NCBI GenBank assembly: GCA_963701855.1
Contig: CAVPBK010000006.1
Location: 96,001-160,000 of the forward strand
Direction of reading: 5' to 3'
From: Nitrospirota bacterium
GTDB taxonomy: Bacteria > Nitrospirota > Nitrospiria > Nitrospirales > Nitrospiraceae
Length of the DNA stretch: 64,000 nucleotides
The position numbers were made by a program, and so were the translations under genes. The notes below the pieces were generated by a model. That model had not been told where the DNA came from and did no database searches. It saw nothing but the letters and a program-made list of their open reading frames with translations. This document shows positions 1 through 9,899 of this stretch, piece after piece (the first letter of the stretch is position 1; the number at the start of each line of letters is the position of its first letter).

Positions 1-2
1 CC

Positions 3-929
3 ATGCGCAACGTCGTCATCATTGGTTCAGGCCCAGCCGGCTTGACCGCCGCCGTCTATGCGGCACGGGCAAATCTCTCGCCCCTGCTCATTGAAGGCTG
101 GCAATCGGGCGGGCAATTAACCACGACGACGGAGGTCGAGAATTATCCTGGCTTCGCCAAGGGCATCATGGGCCCGGAGTTGATGAAAGAAATGCGAGCG
201 CAGGCCGAACGGTTCGGCACGGAGTTCTTGACCGGTGATGTGACAGCCGTAGACTTTACACAGCGACCATTCACAATTACCGTTGACGCTGAGCAGACAA
301 TCCACGCAAAGACCGTCATTGTCGCCACCGGCGCATCGGCTATTCAGATCGGATTGAAGAACGAGGCGCGCCTCACAGGGCACGGCGTCTCAACCTGTGC
401 AACCTGCGATGGGTTCTTCTTCAAGGAAAAGGAACTGATTGTTGTCGGCGGCGGCGACAGCGCAATGGAGGAAGCAACCTTCCTGACTAAATTCGCCAGC
501 AAGGTTTCCGTTGTCCACCGGCGCGACAAACTGCGAGCCTCTAAAATCATGCAAGACCGCGGGGTGAAGAACGAGAAGATCACATTCGTGTGGAACTCCG
601 TCGTCGAAGACATTCTCGGCCATGATGTGGTCATCGGCGCCCGCCTCAAGAATCTCGTCACAGGCAAGACGACGGACCTGCCTTGTGCCGGCGTGTTCGT
701 CGCCATCGGGCACCGTCCCAACACCGCTCTGTTCGCCGGCCAGCTCGCGATGGATGCAAAAGGCTATATTCGAACAGAGAAGGGAACCGCTACTAGTGTC
801 CCTGGTGTCTTTGCTGCAGGTGATGTGCAGGATTCGGTCTATCGTCAGGCTGTCACTGCAGCAGGCTCAGGCTGCATGGCAGCTATCGACGCTGAACGAT
901 TCCTTGAATCAGGGAGTCATACCCTCTAA
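3..929 (+). CDS. trxB: Thioredoxin-disulfide reductase
   Basis: GSGPAG FAD motif, CATC active site, GGGDSA NADPH motif, C-terminal AAGD...YRQA motif. Confidence 0.97.
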   Translation: MRNVVIIGSGPAGLTAAVYAARANLSPLLIEGWQSGGQLTTTTEVENYPGFAKGIMGPELMKEMRAQAERFGTEFLTGDVTAVDFTQRPFTITVDAEQTIHAKTVIVATGASAIQIGLKNEARLTGHGVSTCATCDGFFFKEKELIVVGGGDSAMEEATFLTKFASKVSVVHRRDKLRASKIMQDRGVKNEKITFVWNSVVEDILGHDVVIGARLKNLVTGKTTDLPCAGVFVAIGHRPNTALFAGQLAMDAKGYIRTEKGTATSVPGVFAAGDVQDSVYRQAVTAAGSGCMAAIDAERFLESGSHTL

Positions 930-938
930 ATCCCCACG

Positions 939-1110
939 GGATGCTCAAAATGGTCGTCCAACAAGGCCGCAGGCGAGACAAATACCGGAGGCGTACCCTC
1001 CTCTCCGGTAGGTTGAGGATTTTGTCTCGCCGAGAACGAAGCTCGCGGAACCGCATGTCTCGGCGCGCTGGGGCTGGGAGGGTGAGAAGTCTGCCATTTT
1101 CAGCATCCCG
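939..1110. repeat. MITE/REP-like element, family A (reverse orientation)
   Basis: Ends GGATGCTCAAAA ... TTTTCAGCATCC; interior is reverse-complement similar to copies at 3819-3943 and 42283-42408. Confidence 0.7.
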
Positions 1111-1117
1111 ATAAATT

Positions 1118-2296
1118 ATGCGCTGCGCTATCGTCCATTACCACGAACTCGCCCTCAAAGGCCGCAACCGTGAATATTTCGAGGAGCGGCTCGTACGCAA
1201 TATCCAATGGACACTGAAGGACCTCGGCGTCAGACGCGTCGAGAATCTTCGCAGTCGAATTCGCGTGGTCCTGCCTGACACGGTTCCGGACCAGACCATC
1301 AAAGAACGGCTCACACGAGTCTTCGGGATCGCCAACTTTTCACTGGCCCATGGCTTGTCGCTTGATCTCGCACATCCAGATCTTGGGGTGCTCAGCAAAG
1401 CGGTCATCGACTCGCTCCGGTTAGAATCCTTTTCCACCTTCCGTGTATCGGCAAAGCGGGCTGACAAGCGCCTGACCCTGACCTCCATGGAAGTCGCGCG
1501 GGACATTGGCGCTGCCATCTGCGAAGAAACCGGCAAGAAAGTCAGTCTGAAAGATCCCGACCTTACGGTCTATATCGAGCTGCTCTCCAAAGAGGTCTAC
1601 TATGCGACCGAAAAGATTCAGGGGCCTGGGGGAATGCCGGTGGGTGTCAGCGGAAAAGTCGCCTGTCTGATCTCCGGAGGAATCGATTCGCCGGTCGCAG
1701 CCTATCGCATGATGAAACGCGGATGCCGAGCCCTCTTTGTCCACTTCTCCGGCCGGCCGCTCGTCAGCCGTGCCTCAGAAGAGAAAGTGCGCGAACTCGT
1801 GCAACTCCTTACGGTCCATCAATACCGGTCGACGCTCTACGTCATCCCGTTCGGAGAAATTCAACGCGACATTGTGTTCAATGCACCGGCTCCATTTCGC
1901 GTGGTGCTCTACCGACGGGTCATGATCCGCATCGCGCAGGAATTAGCCAAACGTGAGCACTGTTGGGGACTCGTCACAGGTGACAGCTTAGGGCAAGTCG
2001 CCTCGCAAACGCCTGAGAACTTGACGGTCATTGAAGAGGCGGCAGAGCTGCCGATCCTGCGTCCGCTCATCGGCATGGACAAGGTGGAGATCACCGACCA
2101 GGCTCAACAGATCGGCAGTTTCGCCATTTCAATCGAGCCGGATCAAGATTGCTGCTCGCTCTTCACCCCACCACACCCCAGCACAAAAACCAGACTCGAC
2201 GACATTCAGAAGGTTGAACGGGTGTTCGATATTGGCGCGCTGGTGAAGCAGGGCATCGAGAAGGCTGAGCTATCCCAATTCACCTTTCCTCAGTAG
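1118..2296 (+). CDS. thiI: tRNA 4-thiouridine synthase ThiI
   Basis: N-terminal ELALKGRNR, THUMP region, SGGIDS PP-loop, GDSLGQVASQT, DCC. Confidence 0.95.
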   Translation: MRCAIVHYHELALKGRNREYFEERLVRNIQWTLKDLGVRRVENLRSRIRVVLPDTVPDQTIKERLTRVFGIANFSLAHGLSLDLAHPDLGVLSKAVIDSLRLESFSTFRVSAKRADKRLTLTSMEVARDIGAAICEETGKKVSLKDPDLTVYIELLSKEVYYATEKIQGPGGMPVGVSGKVACLISGGIDSPVAAYRMMKRGCRALFVHFSGRPLVSRASEEKVRELVQLLTVHQYRSTLYVIPFGEIQRDIVFNAPAPFRVVLYRRVMIRIAQELAKREHCWGLVTGDSLGQVASQTPENLTVIEEAAELPILRPLIGMDKVEITDQAQQIGSFAISIEPDQDCCSLFTPPHPSTKTRLDDIQKVERVFDIGALVKQGIEKAELSQFTFPQ

Positions 2297-2453
2297 CAGG
2301 GCACTGAAACGGTTCGGCAGCGGCCATGGGGCGTGACTCGCGAGACAGACGAGAAATGCGCGACGTGAACGGATTGGGCTTCCATCTCGGTTGGCCCGTC
2401 TCGCTTGTCCCGCGCCCGCGACGTCCCTTCAACCTACTTTACTCATTGCCAGG

Positions 2454-3002
2454 CTACTGCGCTTGCGCGAGCGCCTTTTCCTTCACGAGTCGGAAATGCG
2501 CTTTCAGATCTCGCCGCATCGCCGCGGCAACCATCCAATCCGGCACCATCATGTCGATCTCAACAAGCAGTTCGAACTCAGCTTTTGTATGAGCCCCGCC
2601 ATCAGCAGGGGTAAGTTTCCAGAACCGACGGTACTGTTTGAAGTCGCCGCCCTTCAATTCTGTCAGTATCCCTCCGGTCGGCAGGATCCTTGTCTCACTC
2701 AAGAGACGCTGTTCTCCTGGGAGCAGGGCATGGCCGATCCGAATATCTGTGAACACCTTACCGTCTTGCTCCCGTGTCTCCACCATCCTCATCCGTCCAT
2801 CGAAAAGATCAGGCCAATGGGCATAGTCGGTTAGTATTCGCTGGATGATTGCCACCTCCACCGGAAAGAAAATCGTGGCCGTCGCCCGTACGCCGCCGGT
2901 GGGTTCTTTACGGACATCCAGCACATCAGGCTCGACCGCACAGCTCCACCCGGACCAGCCGAATACGAGACATCCCACAATGATCATCACACGCCACAAC
3001 AT
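2454..3002 (-). CDS. Exported SRPBCC/START-like (polyketide cyclase family) protein
   Basis: Signal-peptide-like N-terminus; ILTDYAHWPDLF and GDFKQYRRFWKL patterns typical of the SRPBCC fold. Confidence 0.6.
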   Translation of the reverse strand: MLWRVMIIVGCLVFGWSGWSCAVEPDVLDVRKEPTGGVRATATIFFPVEVAIIQRILTDYAHWPDLFDGRMRMVETREQDGKVFTDIRIGHALLPGEQRLLSETRILPTGGILTELKGGDFKQYRRFWKLTPADGGAHTKAEFELLVEIDMMVPDWMVAAAMRRDLKAHFRLVKEKALAQAQ

Positions 3003-3156
3003 GGCACGATTATATAGACTCATTGAGAACCAAGCGAGCACTAACAGTGATCCGCGAGACGTGAATCGTTAAACGTGAAACGTTTGAGAGGGAAAGCGCT
3101 CGGCAGTCCACCTTTCACTTTTTCTTTGGGAATGGCAATGGTGCAAGAGCGGCTCG

Positions 3157-3423
3157 CAGGATGCCCGAAAAGACCACCCGTCTCACCCACCCAACCCCGG
3201 CGGCTACTTCACCCTCTCGCCCTGAATCTGCCAAGACAGCCTCTTCACCCTGAGACACGCCTTGTCCCAAGCAAAGCCGCAGCAGTTTATTACTCGCATT
3301 CAAAAGGGTAGCCTGGACTGGTCCCAAACCGCGCGCATCGAGGGCGCACATTCTAATCGTGCGCACTCTTCGAGCGAAAGGGACCATCCAGGCTACCCTC
3401 TCCATCCTTTTTCAGCATCCTGC
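3157..3423. repeat. MITE/REP-like element, family A composite
   Basis: GCAGGATGCCCGAAAA ... TTTTTCAGCATCCTGC ends; contains the GCGCGCATCGA...CACATTCT-ATCGTGCGC module. Confidence 0.6.
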
Positions 3424-3452
3424 GGAACTTCTCTGTGCTACGATGCGTGACT

Positions 3453-3818
3453 ATGAAACGCTGGTCCTTCCTGCTACTCGTGCTCATCGGCCTGTGGAGC
3501 CTATTAGAAGAGGCTCACGCGCAACCCATGGACGATTCACATGCCACGACAGAACAGTCTTGCAGTTTCGGTATGGCGAAGGGAGAGGCGTCGCAAAGCT
3601 GTCGAGTCCCCTTCCCAACAGGTTGCCTCGTAGCCAATACCCCTGGAACCGACAAACCCTGGACGACCATCTCCAAGGGTGGAAACACATTCTGCCGATT
3701 AGACGAGAACGCCACGGACTGGAAAAGCAAAATCACCGGCTCCTGCACCCGTTGCAAATCCGACCATTGCTCAGCACAGTTTAGCGTCCGCTTCGACTGT
3801 TCCCAACAATTGCACTAG
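3453..3818 (+). CDS. Secreted Cys-rich small protein (8 Cys), unknown function
   Basis: MKRW + hydrophobic signal peptide ending AHA; 8 cysteines in the mature part. Confidence 0.7.
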   Translation: MKRWSFLLLVLIGLWSLLEEAHAQPMDDSHATTEQSCSFGMAKGEASQSCRVPFPTGCLVANTPGTDKPWTTISKGGNTFCRLDENATDWKSKITGSCTRCKSDHCSAQFSVRFDCSQQLH

Positions 3819-3943
3819 CAGGATGCTGAAAAAGTCCGCCAGCTTCGTTCTCGCATCGTTCGGACACTCAACCTACCCCAGAGGATACGCCTCCGGGTCT
3901 TCATTCGCTACAGCCTTGCTGGGCGGACTTTTTGAGCATCCTG
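3819..3943. repeat. MITE/REP-like element, family A
   Basis: CAGGATGCTGAAAAAGTCCGCC ... GGCGGACTTTTTGAGCATCCTG terminal inverted repeats, directly after a TAG stop. Confidence 0.8.
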
Positions 3944-4024
3944 AACTGTATTCTCCTGTTGGCCCAGACGTGACAACCGGTGACGCTCTAGTCTGCCAAT
4001 TTAATTTTTCACCGACGGCTAGAC

Positions 4025-5050
4025 ATGTCCTTGGCTGAAGAGATCAAACGTGAAGCCCTTGCCCTTGGCTTCGATGCCGTCGGTATCAGCCAAGTCACCG
4101 GTAGCGGGCCGCCTTCAGCCTTCAGCCTTCAGCCTGACTCCTCCCTTCCCGACCCCGCTCCCCCGTTACCCCATCACTTGCTCAGCCGTCTCACGAAATG
4201 GCTCCGGCAAGGTTATCACGGCACGATGGCTTGGATGACTCGCGACCCAGCCCGTCGAAGCGATCCGCAGCTGGTCTTGCCAGGATGCCGATCGATGGTC
4301 TCGGTCGGAATGAACTACTACACCGATAATCGTGCAAACGAGCAGCCTGGAATGGGACGCATCGCCCGCTACGCCTGGGGAAAGGATTACCATGCAGTGA
4401 TGAGCCAGCGGCTCGCGCAACTCGAAGCGAAGATCGCAGCCCTGGCGCCCGGCGTGACCACAAAGGCCTATGTCGATACCGGCCCGATCATGGAAAAGGC
4501 CTGGGCGCAGCAGGCCGGCCTCGGCTGGATCGGAAAACATTCAAATCTCGTCTCGTCCGAATCTGGCTCCTGGCTTCTACTCGGGGAGATTCTGACGACC
4601 CAGGATCTGAAACCGGATGAACCGGCCACAGATCTGTGCGGAAGCTGCACCCTCTGTATCCAAGCTTGTCCGACAGGCGCCATCGTCGAACCCTATGTCG
4701 TCGATGCCAGACGCTGTATCTCATACTTGACCATCGAACTGCGCGGCGGGCGCGAGGTCATCTCCGACGAGCTCGCCTCTCAGATGGGCAATCGCATCTT
4801 TGGCTGCGACGATTGCCTAGACGTCTGTCCCTTTAATTTGAGAGCAGACCCAACAAGTGAACCAGCCTTTGCTCCCACGCCCTTGACTCTTACTCCCAGC
4901 CTCGACCGTCTGGCTCAGATTGGCCAGGAACAGTTTTCGACCACGTTCAAGGAGAGCCCTCTCAAACGGGCCAAACGAAGCGGGCTTCTTCGCAACGTAG
5001 AGATTGCACAAGAGAATCTCACCCGACAGACAGGGGGCCGGATATCTTAA
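4025..5050 (+). CDS. queG: Epoxyqueuosine reductase QueG
   Basis: ARYAWGKDYH, DTGPIMEK, CGSCTLCIQACPTGA and GCDDCLDVCPFN Fe-S motifs. Confidence 0.95.
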   Translation: MSLAEEIKREALALGFDAVGISQVTGSGPPSAFSLQPDSSLPDPAPPLPHHLLSRLTKWLRQGYHGTMAWMTRDPARRSDPQLVLPGCRSMVSVGMNYYTDNRANEQPGMGRIARYAWGKDYHAVMSQRLAQLEAKIAALAPGVTTKAYVDTGPIMEKAWAQQAGLGWIGKHSNLVSSESGSWLLLGEILTTQDLKPDEPATDLCGSCTLCIQACPTGAIVEPYVVDARRCISYLTIELRGGREVISDELASQMGNRIFGCDDCLDVCPFNLRADPTSEPAFAPTPLTLTPSLDRLAQIGQEQFSTTFKESPLKRAKRSGLLRNVEIAQENLTRQTGGRIS

Positions 5051-5119
5051 CTGCCCCCTTTTTTCTTGGCCGGAAGAGGAGTAGGCTATTTCCAGTACTT
5101 AGCAGGGAGGTTTGAACAC

Positions 5120-6478
5120 GTGCATCCTCCGGTCCTGCTACTCATCTCGGCCGATCCCCACACCAGACCGTTGCTGGAACAATCCCTCGACGACCGACGC
5201 GCCACCATCCTTGTTGCCCCAACAACCGAAGAAGGCCTGCGCATCCTGAAAGACCAAGGAGACCTGGCTCTCGTCGTATGTGACGAGAGCCAGGGACGGA
5301 TTGCGAGCCAGGTGATCCTCTCTCAGTCCAGACGCACCGCTCAGCACCTCCCCGTGATCATCCTCGGAACAGACGGATCGGCCAAAGCCGCAGTCGAGGC
5401 CTTGCACCGTGGCGCCACCGACTACCTTGCACAACCGGTCACGATGAAAGATCTCCTGACTGCCATCCACAAAACTCAGGTCTTCGAAACACCAAATCTC
5501 CAAGTACGGACGGAGCGACCCTCAGCATTCGATCAGATCATCAGCCGGTCGCCTCAGATGAAACTGCTCAAACATCTGGCAACCGAAGTTGCCCAAACCG
5601 ATGCGACGACCGTCCTTATCACCGGTGAAAGCGGCACCGGCAAAGAACTCTTTGCTCAGGGCATCCATGCTGCCGGCCCCAGGTCCAAAGGCCCGTTCGT
5701 AGCACTCAACTGCGCCGGCATTCCCGAACACCTCCTCGAATCGGAATTGTTCGGTTATCAGCGCGGCGCCTTTACCGATGCGAAGCAGACCAAACCGGGA
5801 CGATTTCAACAAGCGGAGGGCGGCACACTCTTCCTTGACGAAATCGGTGAGATGAGTCCCTCCGCGCAGGCGAAGCTCTTACGGGTCCTGGAAAATCACC
5901 GGGTCGATCCGCTCGGCGACACACACAGCATCCATGTCGACATTCGCGTAATCGCTGCCACGAACGAAGATTTACCGGCTCAGATCAAAACCGGACGGTT
6001 CCGCCTAGATCTGTACTATCGGCTGAACGTCTATCAACTGCGCATCCCGCCGCTCCGCGAACGGCCAGAAGATATCGAGCCAATCCTGACATCTTTCCTA
6101 GAGATCGCCCGCCGCGATCATGGCTGTCGCATCAAAGGCATTACCCCAGCCGCGCTGGCCATCTTGCAGACCCACGACTGGCCCGGCAATGTGCGGGAGC
6201 TGCACAACGTGGTCGAAGGGCTCACCATCACATGTAAGACCGAGATGATCCAGCCGGACCACCTTCCTATTTCTGTGCGAGACATCCAGTCGGCAGGATC
6301 GAACAGAGAGATCGAGAATACATCGCTCCTGGCCTTCGGCCTCTCGGCTCAGGAGATGGAAAAGAAACTGTTAAAGGAAGCGCTGCAGCGCACAGGCGGC
6401 AACATTTCCGAAGCCAGCCGACTCCTCAAAATCACGCGCAATACGCTGCGATATCGCATGGCAAAATATCAGCTCTAG
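5120..6478 (+). CDS. Sigma-54-dependent Fis-family regulator with receiver-like domain
   Basis: Receiver-like N-terminus, GESGTGKE Walker A, GAFTDA, FLDEI, WPGNVREL, C-terminal HTH; GGGAGG RBS before GTG 5120. Confidence 0.93.
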   Translation: MHPPVLLLISADPHTRPLLEQSLDDRRATILVAPTTEEGLRILKDQGDLALVVCDESQGRIASQVILSQSRRTAQHLPVIILGTDGSAKAAVEALHRGATDYLAQPVTMKDLLTAIHKTQVFETPNLQVRTERPSAFDQIISRSPQMKLLKHLATEVAQTDATTVLITGESGTGKELFAQGIHAAGPRSKGPFVALNCAGIPEHLLESELFGYQRGAFTDAKQTKPGRFQQAEGGTLFLDEIGEMSPSAQAKLLRVLENHRVDPLGDTHSIHVDIRVIAATNEDLPAQIKTGRFRLDLYYRLNVYQLRIPPLRERPEDIEPILTSFLEIARRDHGCRIKGITPAALAILQTHDWPGNVRELHNVVEGLTITCKTEMIQPDHLPISVRDIQSAGSNREIENTSLLAFGLSAQEMEKKLLKEALQRTGGNISEASRLLKITRNTLRYRMAKYQL

Positions 6479-6606
6479 CAGGTTGTTGAAAAACAGGGGA
6501 GGGGTACTATGGATGGTTCCTTTCGCTCGCAGAGTGCGCACGGTGAGGGACCAATCCAGGCCATCCTTAGGAGAATGAGCCCTCGCATAGGATCCCCGTG
6601 TGCGTG

Positions 6607-6846
6607 TTCATCAATTTGTCCGGGACACCACAACCATCGCTCACCGTAGCCAAAGCAGCGAGAACTCTCACCATCTACAGTGTGGTCTTTCTTCAAGCCG
6701 CATTTGACTTTATTATTATCGCTTTCGTAGCCTTCCTCGCAGTAAAGCAAGTCAACCGCTTCAAGAAGGAAACGCGTCCAGCACCACCAGCAGGGCCGCC
6801 ACCAAGCGCCGCTCCTGCGACGAAATTTCCCACGATGTGGGAATGA
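6607..6846 (+). pseudogene. mscL: 3' remnant of large-conductance mechanosensitive channel MscL
   Basis: FINLSGTP...FLQAAFDFIIIAFVAFLAVKQVNRFKKE resembles the MscL periplasmic loop and TM2; N-terminus and TM1 absent. Confidence 0.7.
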
Positions 6847-6896
6847 GAAGATTCACACGATAGATGACCCGCGCAATGCAGAAGGAGGAGATCATC

Positions 6897-7649
6897 ATGC
6901 AGACATTCAAAACCGCCATCCTGGTAACAAACTTGGCCGCTCTGGCAGGCTGTGCGAACTGGGATAAGAGCCCCATTTGTCCTAACACTCACGGATGGCA
7001 GGCTTGGTCTGACAGTCGTTGCAATGCCGACAACGCATCGAAGGATATGGCCGCCGGCGTCCAGGCTGGGGCAGGAGACGAAGATACGCTTGCAGCCGAC
7101 CTTGCCGCAGCTAGGCAACGGAATGCCGAACTCGAGAGGCAGCTGGCTGATCGAGACAAGGAACTAGTTGGACTGCGCGGCGAACTCTCTTCCGAGATGA
7201 CGAAACTGAAAGCAGCTCAGCGTAGATTGATCCCGGCGCTTCGTCCTCAGATCGAGAAGGGTGACATCACCGTCGATCTTAACAATGAGCGGTTGTTGAT
7301 TAACCTGGCTTCCGGCTATCTGTTCGGGTCCGGCCAGGATGTACTAAAACCAGCGGGCGCAGATGCACTGAAGCATGTCGGGGCGGTCTTGAAAGATTTC
7401 CCAGAGTACAAGGTGGCGGTGGACGGTCATACCGACAACGTGCCAATCGGGGGCATACTGACGAAGAAGTTCCCCACGAACAAGGAGCTCTCTGAGTCCC
7501 GTGCGGCCAATGCGGCGAAGGCGCTGATCGAAGGTGGCCTCGGCACCGCGACGACGCATGGGTATGCAGACACCAAGCCGGTTGAACCGAACACGACCGA
7601 TTTGGGTCGGGCGAAGAACCGCCGCGTCGAGGTTCGCGTCACGAAGTAG
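6897..7649 (+). CDS. OmpA/MotB-family peptidoglycan-binding lipoprotein
   Basis: LAGC lipobox, coiled coil, GHTD, NKELSESRA, AKNRRVEV; AAGGAGGAG RBS. Confidence 0.9.
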   Translation: MQTFKTAILVTNLAALAGCANWDKSPICPNTHGWQAWSDSRCNADNASKDMAAGVQAGAGDEDTLAADLAAARQRNAELERQLADRDKELVGLRGELSSEMTKLKAAQRRLIPALRPQIEKGDITVDLNNERLLINLASGYLFGSGQDVLKPAGADALKHVGAVLKDFPEYKVAVDGHTDNVPIGGILTKKFPTNKELSESRAANAAKALIEGGLGTATTHGYADTKPVEPNTTDLGRAKNRRVEVRVTK

Positions 7650-8136
7650 CGCTTCCCACAGGAGAACGACGACGGGGGCCTCTCCATACCCGAGAAGCTC
7701 CCGTTGCCTCATGAGCCATTTTCACCCGTAAAAAAGAGGAGAGCTGAGAAAGTCGTCTTGAAATCTGAGGATTGATCTTCCACCGCGCGCGACTTTCTCA
7801 ACAGCCTGCAGAAACGTTTCCCTGCGCCCTAAGCATGCCAACCATAGAAGTTCTGCTCTGCCGAAACAGTATTCCCGCAGCCTACTACGATACTGAAACA
7901 AGCCCCCAACTTCGTCTCATCTCAACAGAATTCTCAACGTAGACGGCAAGGCTTATACAGAGCCAGTTCACAGCTACCTTGCTATCTACATTCTCGCGTA
8001 CCTTTCTGCCCAGCCTGTTGGAATCTTCTATCCATAGAACCGCGAGTGGACCATGGCAAGTTATTGATTTGTGGCTCCAGCTTGGGCCAACAGGCGGGGC
8101 TTCATTCTTGCTCAACTGCTCATCCAGGATTTTTGT

Positions 8137-9129
8137 ATGCCCAATGCACAGACGCGAAGAACGGAGGATTCGAGCATGGAACAACCAAGGTCCGCTCTTG
8201 ACCACTATAAACGCGGTCGTGTGCTCAAGCACGCCCACATGTTCGACCAAGCGCGCGAAGAGTTTCTGCACGTGGTCAGTGACCCTCAGTATGCCGGCAA
8301 CGCCCATGTACAGATCGCTATGTGCTTGCGGGCGACGGGGCGCTATGACGAAGCCGTCGAGGCATTCCGCCAAGCCCTGGAAGTGGGCACGTTCTCCTCC
8401 AAAGAAAAAGCGCACATCCTGTACTTCCTGAGACTCACGTTGCAGGCACTCGGTCGATACGCCGAAGCGCTGGAGGCCTATGGCTGGACCAGAAATGAGG
8501 CCCCCGGGTTCCAGGACGTGGCGCAGCGGATTAAACATCTGCTCGCAGGAGGACGCGGCCTGCTCCCCCGGCGTCGACCGGCTGCTCAGTCCGTAGTTGG
8601 AAACATGCTCAAACTTGAGGAACAACTCACGCCTCAGGTGCTGAATCTGCTAGGACAGGCCTGGACATCATTCGGCCAGTATGCGGATAGATTGGTGACC
8701 CGAGGGGACCAAAAACAGAGCCCCAGTTTCCGAGATGTGGGCCCCTCCAGTGGAGAACGAGAGCTCACGTCGACACGATGCAGTCCACCAGCATCCAGGG
8801 GTCGGAAGAGAAACACACGTCGGCACGTTCGCGTCGCAGTCCGATTGCAGAGCCACTTTTCATCAAAGAGTCAGAGAGTGGACGGTAAAGGAGAGCTGCG
8901 AGACCTCTCCCTTGCGGGCTGTCGCGTCACGAGTCTCGTGGCTGTCCCCGTGGGAGCCGAATTGGAGTGTTGTATCTTCTCGCAGGACGCAGACAATCCA
9001 TTCACCATCGACGGCGCAACGGTGCGCTGGAGCCGTCCTCAGGAATTCGGCTTGGCCTTCACCAAGATACGTCCGGGCGTACAGAGGCAAATCGCGCAGC
9101 TGTGTAGAGAACGGGTACCACTAGAATAG
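8137..9129 (+). CDS. TPR repeat + C-terminal PilZ domain protein
   Basis: TPR-like helices (GRYDEAVEAFRQAL, GRYAEALEAY); RRHVR and DLSLAG c-di-GMP-binding motifs. Confidence 0.8.
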   Translation: MPNAQTRRTEDSSMEQPRSALDHYKRGRVLKHAHMFDQAREEFLHVVSDPQYAGNAHVQIAMCLRATGRYDEAVEAFRQALEVGTFSSKEKAHILYFLRLTLQALGRYAEALEAYGWTRNEAPGFQDVAQRIKHLLAGGRGLLPRRRPAAQSVVGNMLKLEEQLTPQVLNLLGQAWTSFGQYADRLVTRGDQKQSPSFRDVGPSSGERELTSTRCSPPASRGRKRNTRRHVRVAVRLQSHFSSKSQRVDGKGELRDLSLAGCRVTSLVAVPVGAELECCIFSQDADNPFTIDGATVRWSRPQEFGLAFTKIRPGVQRQIAQLCRERVPLE

Positions 9130-9206
9130 AAGAGCTTGGGATGACGCAACGCAGTGGGCCTTTCGGCAGATGGCCGTGGACCGGCTAAACCAGTACGACA
9201 ACATCG

Positions 9207-9373
9207 GGGAGCTGCACAACGTAGTCGAAGGACTTACCATCACATGTAAGAACGAGATGGTCCAGCCGAACCACGTCCCTGTCTCTGTGCGAAGATCTGG
9301 ATTGAACGGAGAGATCGAGAAAACAGCGCTCCTGGCCTTCGGCCTCTCGGCCCAGGAGATGGAAAAGAAACTG
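9207..9373 (+). pseudogene. Diverged partial duplicate of the 3' part of the sigma-54 regulator at 5120-6478
   Basis: GGGAGCTGCACAACGT...GGAGATGGAAAAGAAACTG aligns with 6195-6370 (ELHNVVEGLTITCK...LLAFGLSAQEMEKKL). Confidence 0.85.
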
Positions 9374-9899
9374 CTGCGACCTCGTTGTATGGCTTGTTTG
9401 AACACCCTCACTCGAGCATGCGGACCACCAGAAGCGTACTGAACGATATGAATGTCAGCCACAGCCCACGGTCAAACCACCTGGCAGGATCTCGTCCGAT
9501 TGCACGGGGCGCGCCTCTCTGATGTCGAGTCAAGTAGCGACCTCGTTTCGCACACCTTTTGCACCTCGTCATGTCGCCATCAAAGTACTATCCGACTGTC
9601 TCTTTCGAACAAACCACTGCTTTCCAAGAAGTCCTGTATTCCAATAAAGTAACGAGCGGAATCAGGGACTTTTCGAAGCTCTTCGTCTAGAAAGAGATAC
9701 TGCCCATTATTCTCAGAAAACTGGAGAACACCGTCCCCGAACGACCTATCAATGTTTGATCCTATGATCCAAAAACCTCGTTTGGGACTGCCATCTAAGA
9801 GGACGGCTCCCCAACCCGTTAACTCATGATCAGCAGCTGTCTTTTGCAATTCCTCAACATGCGTTCGTAGTACGCCCCAAGAATTTGACGAAGCGATTG

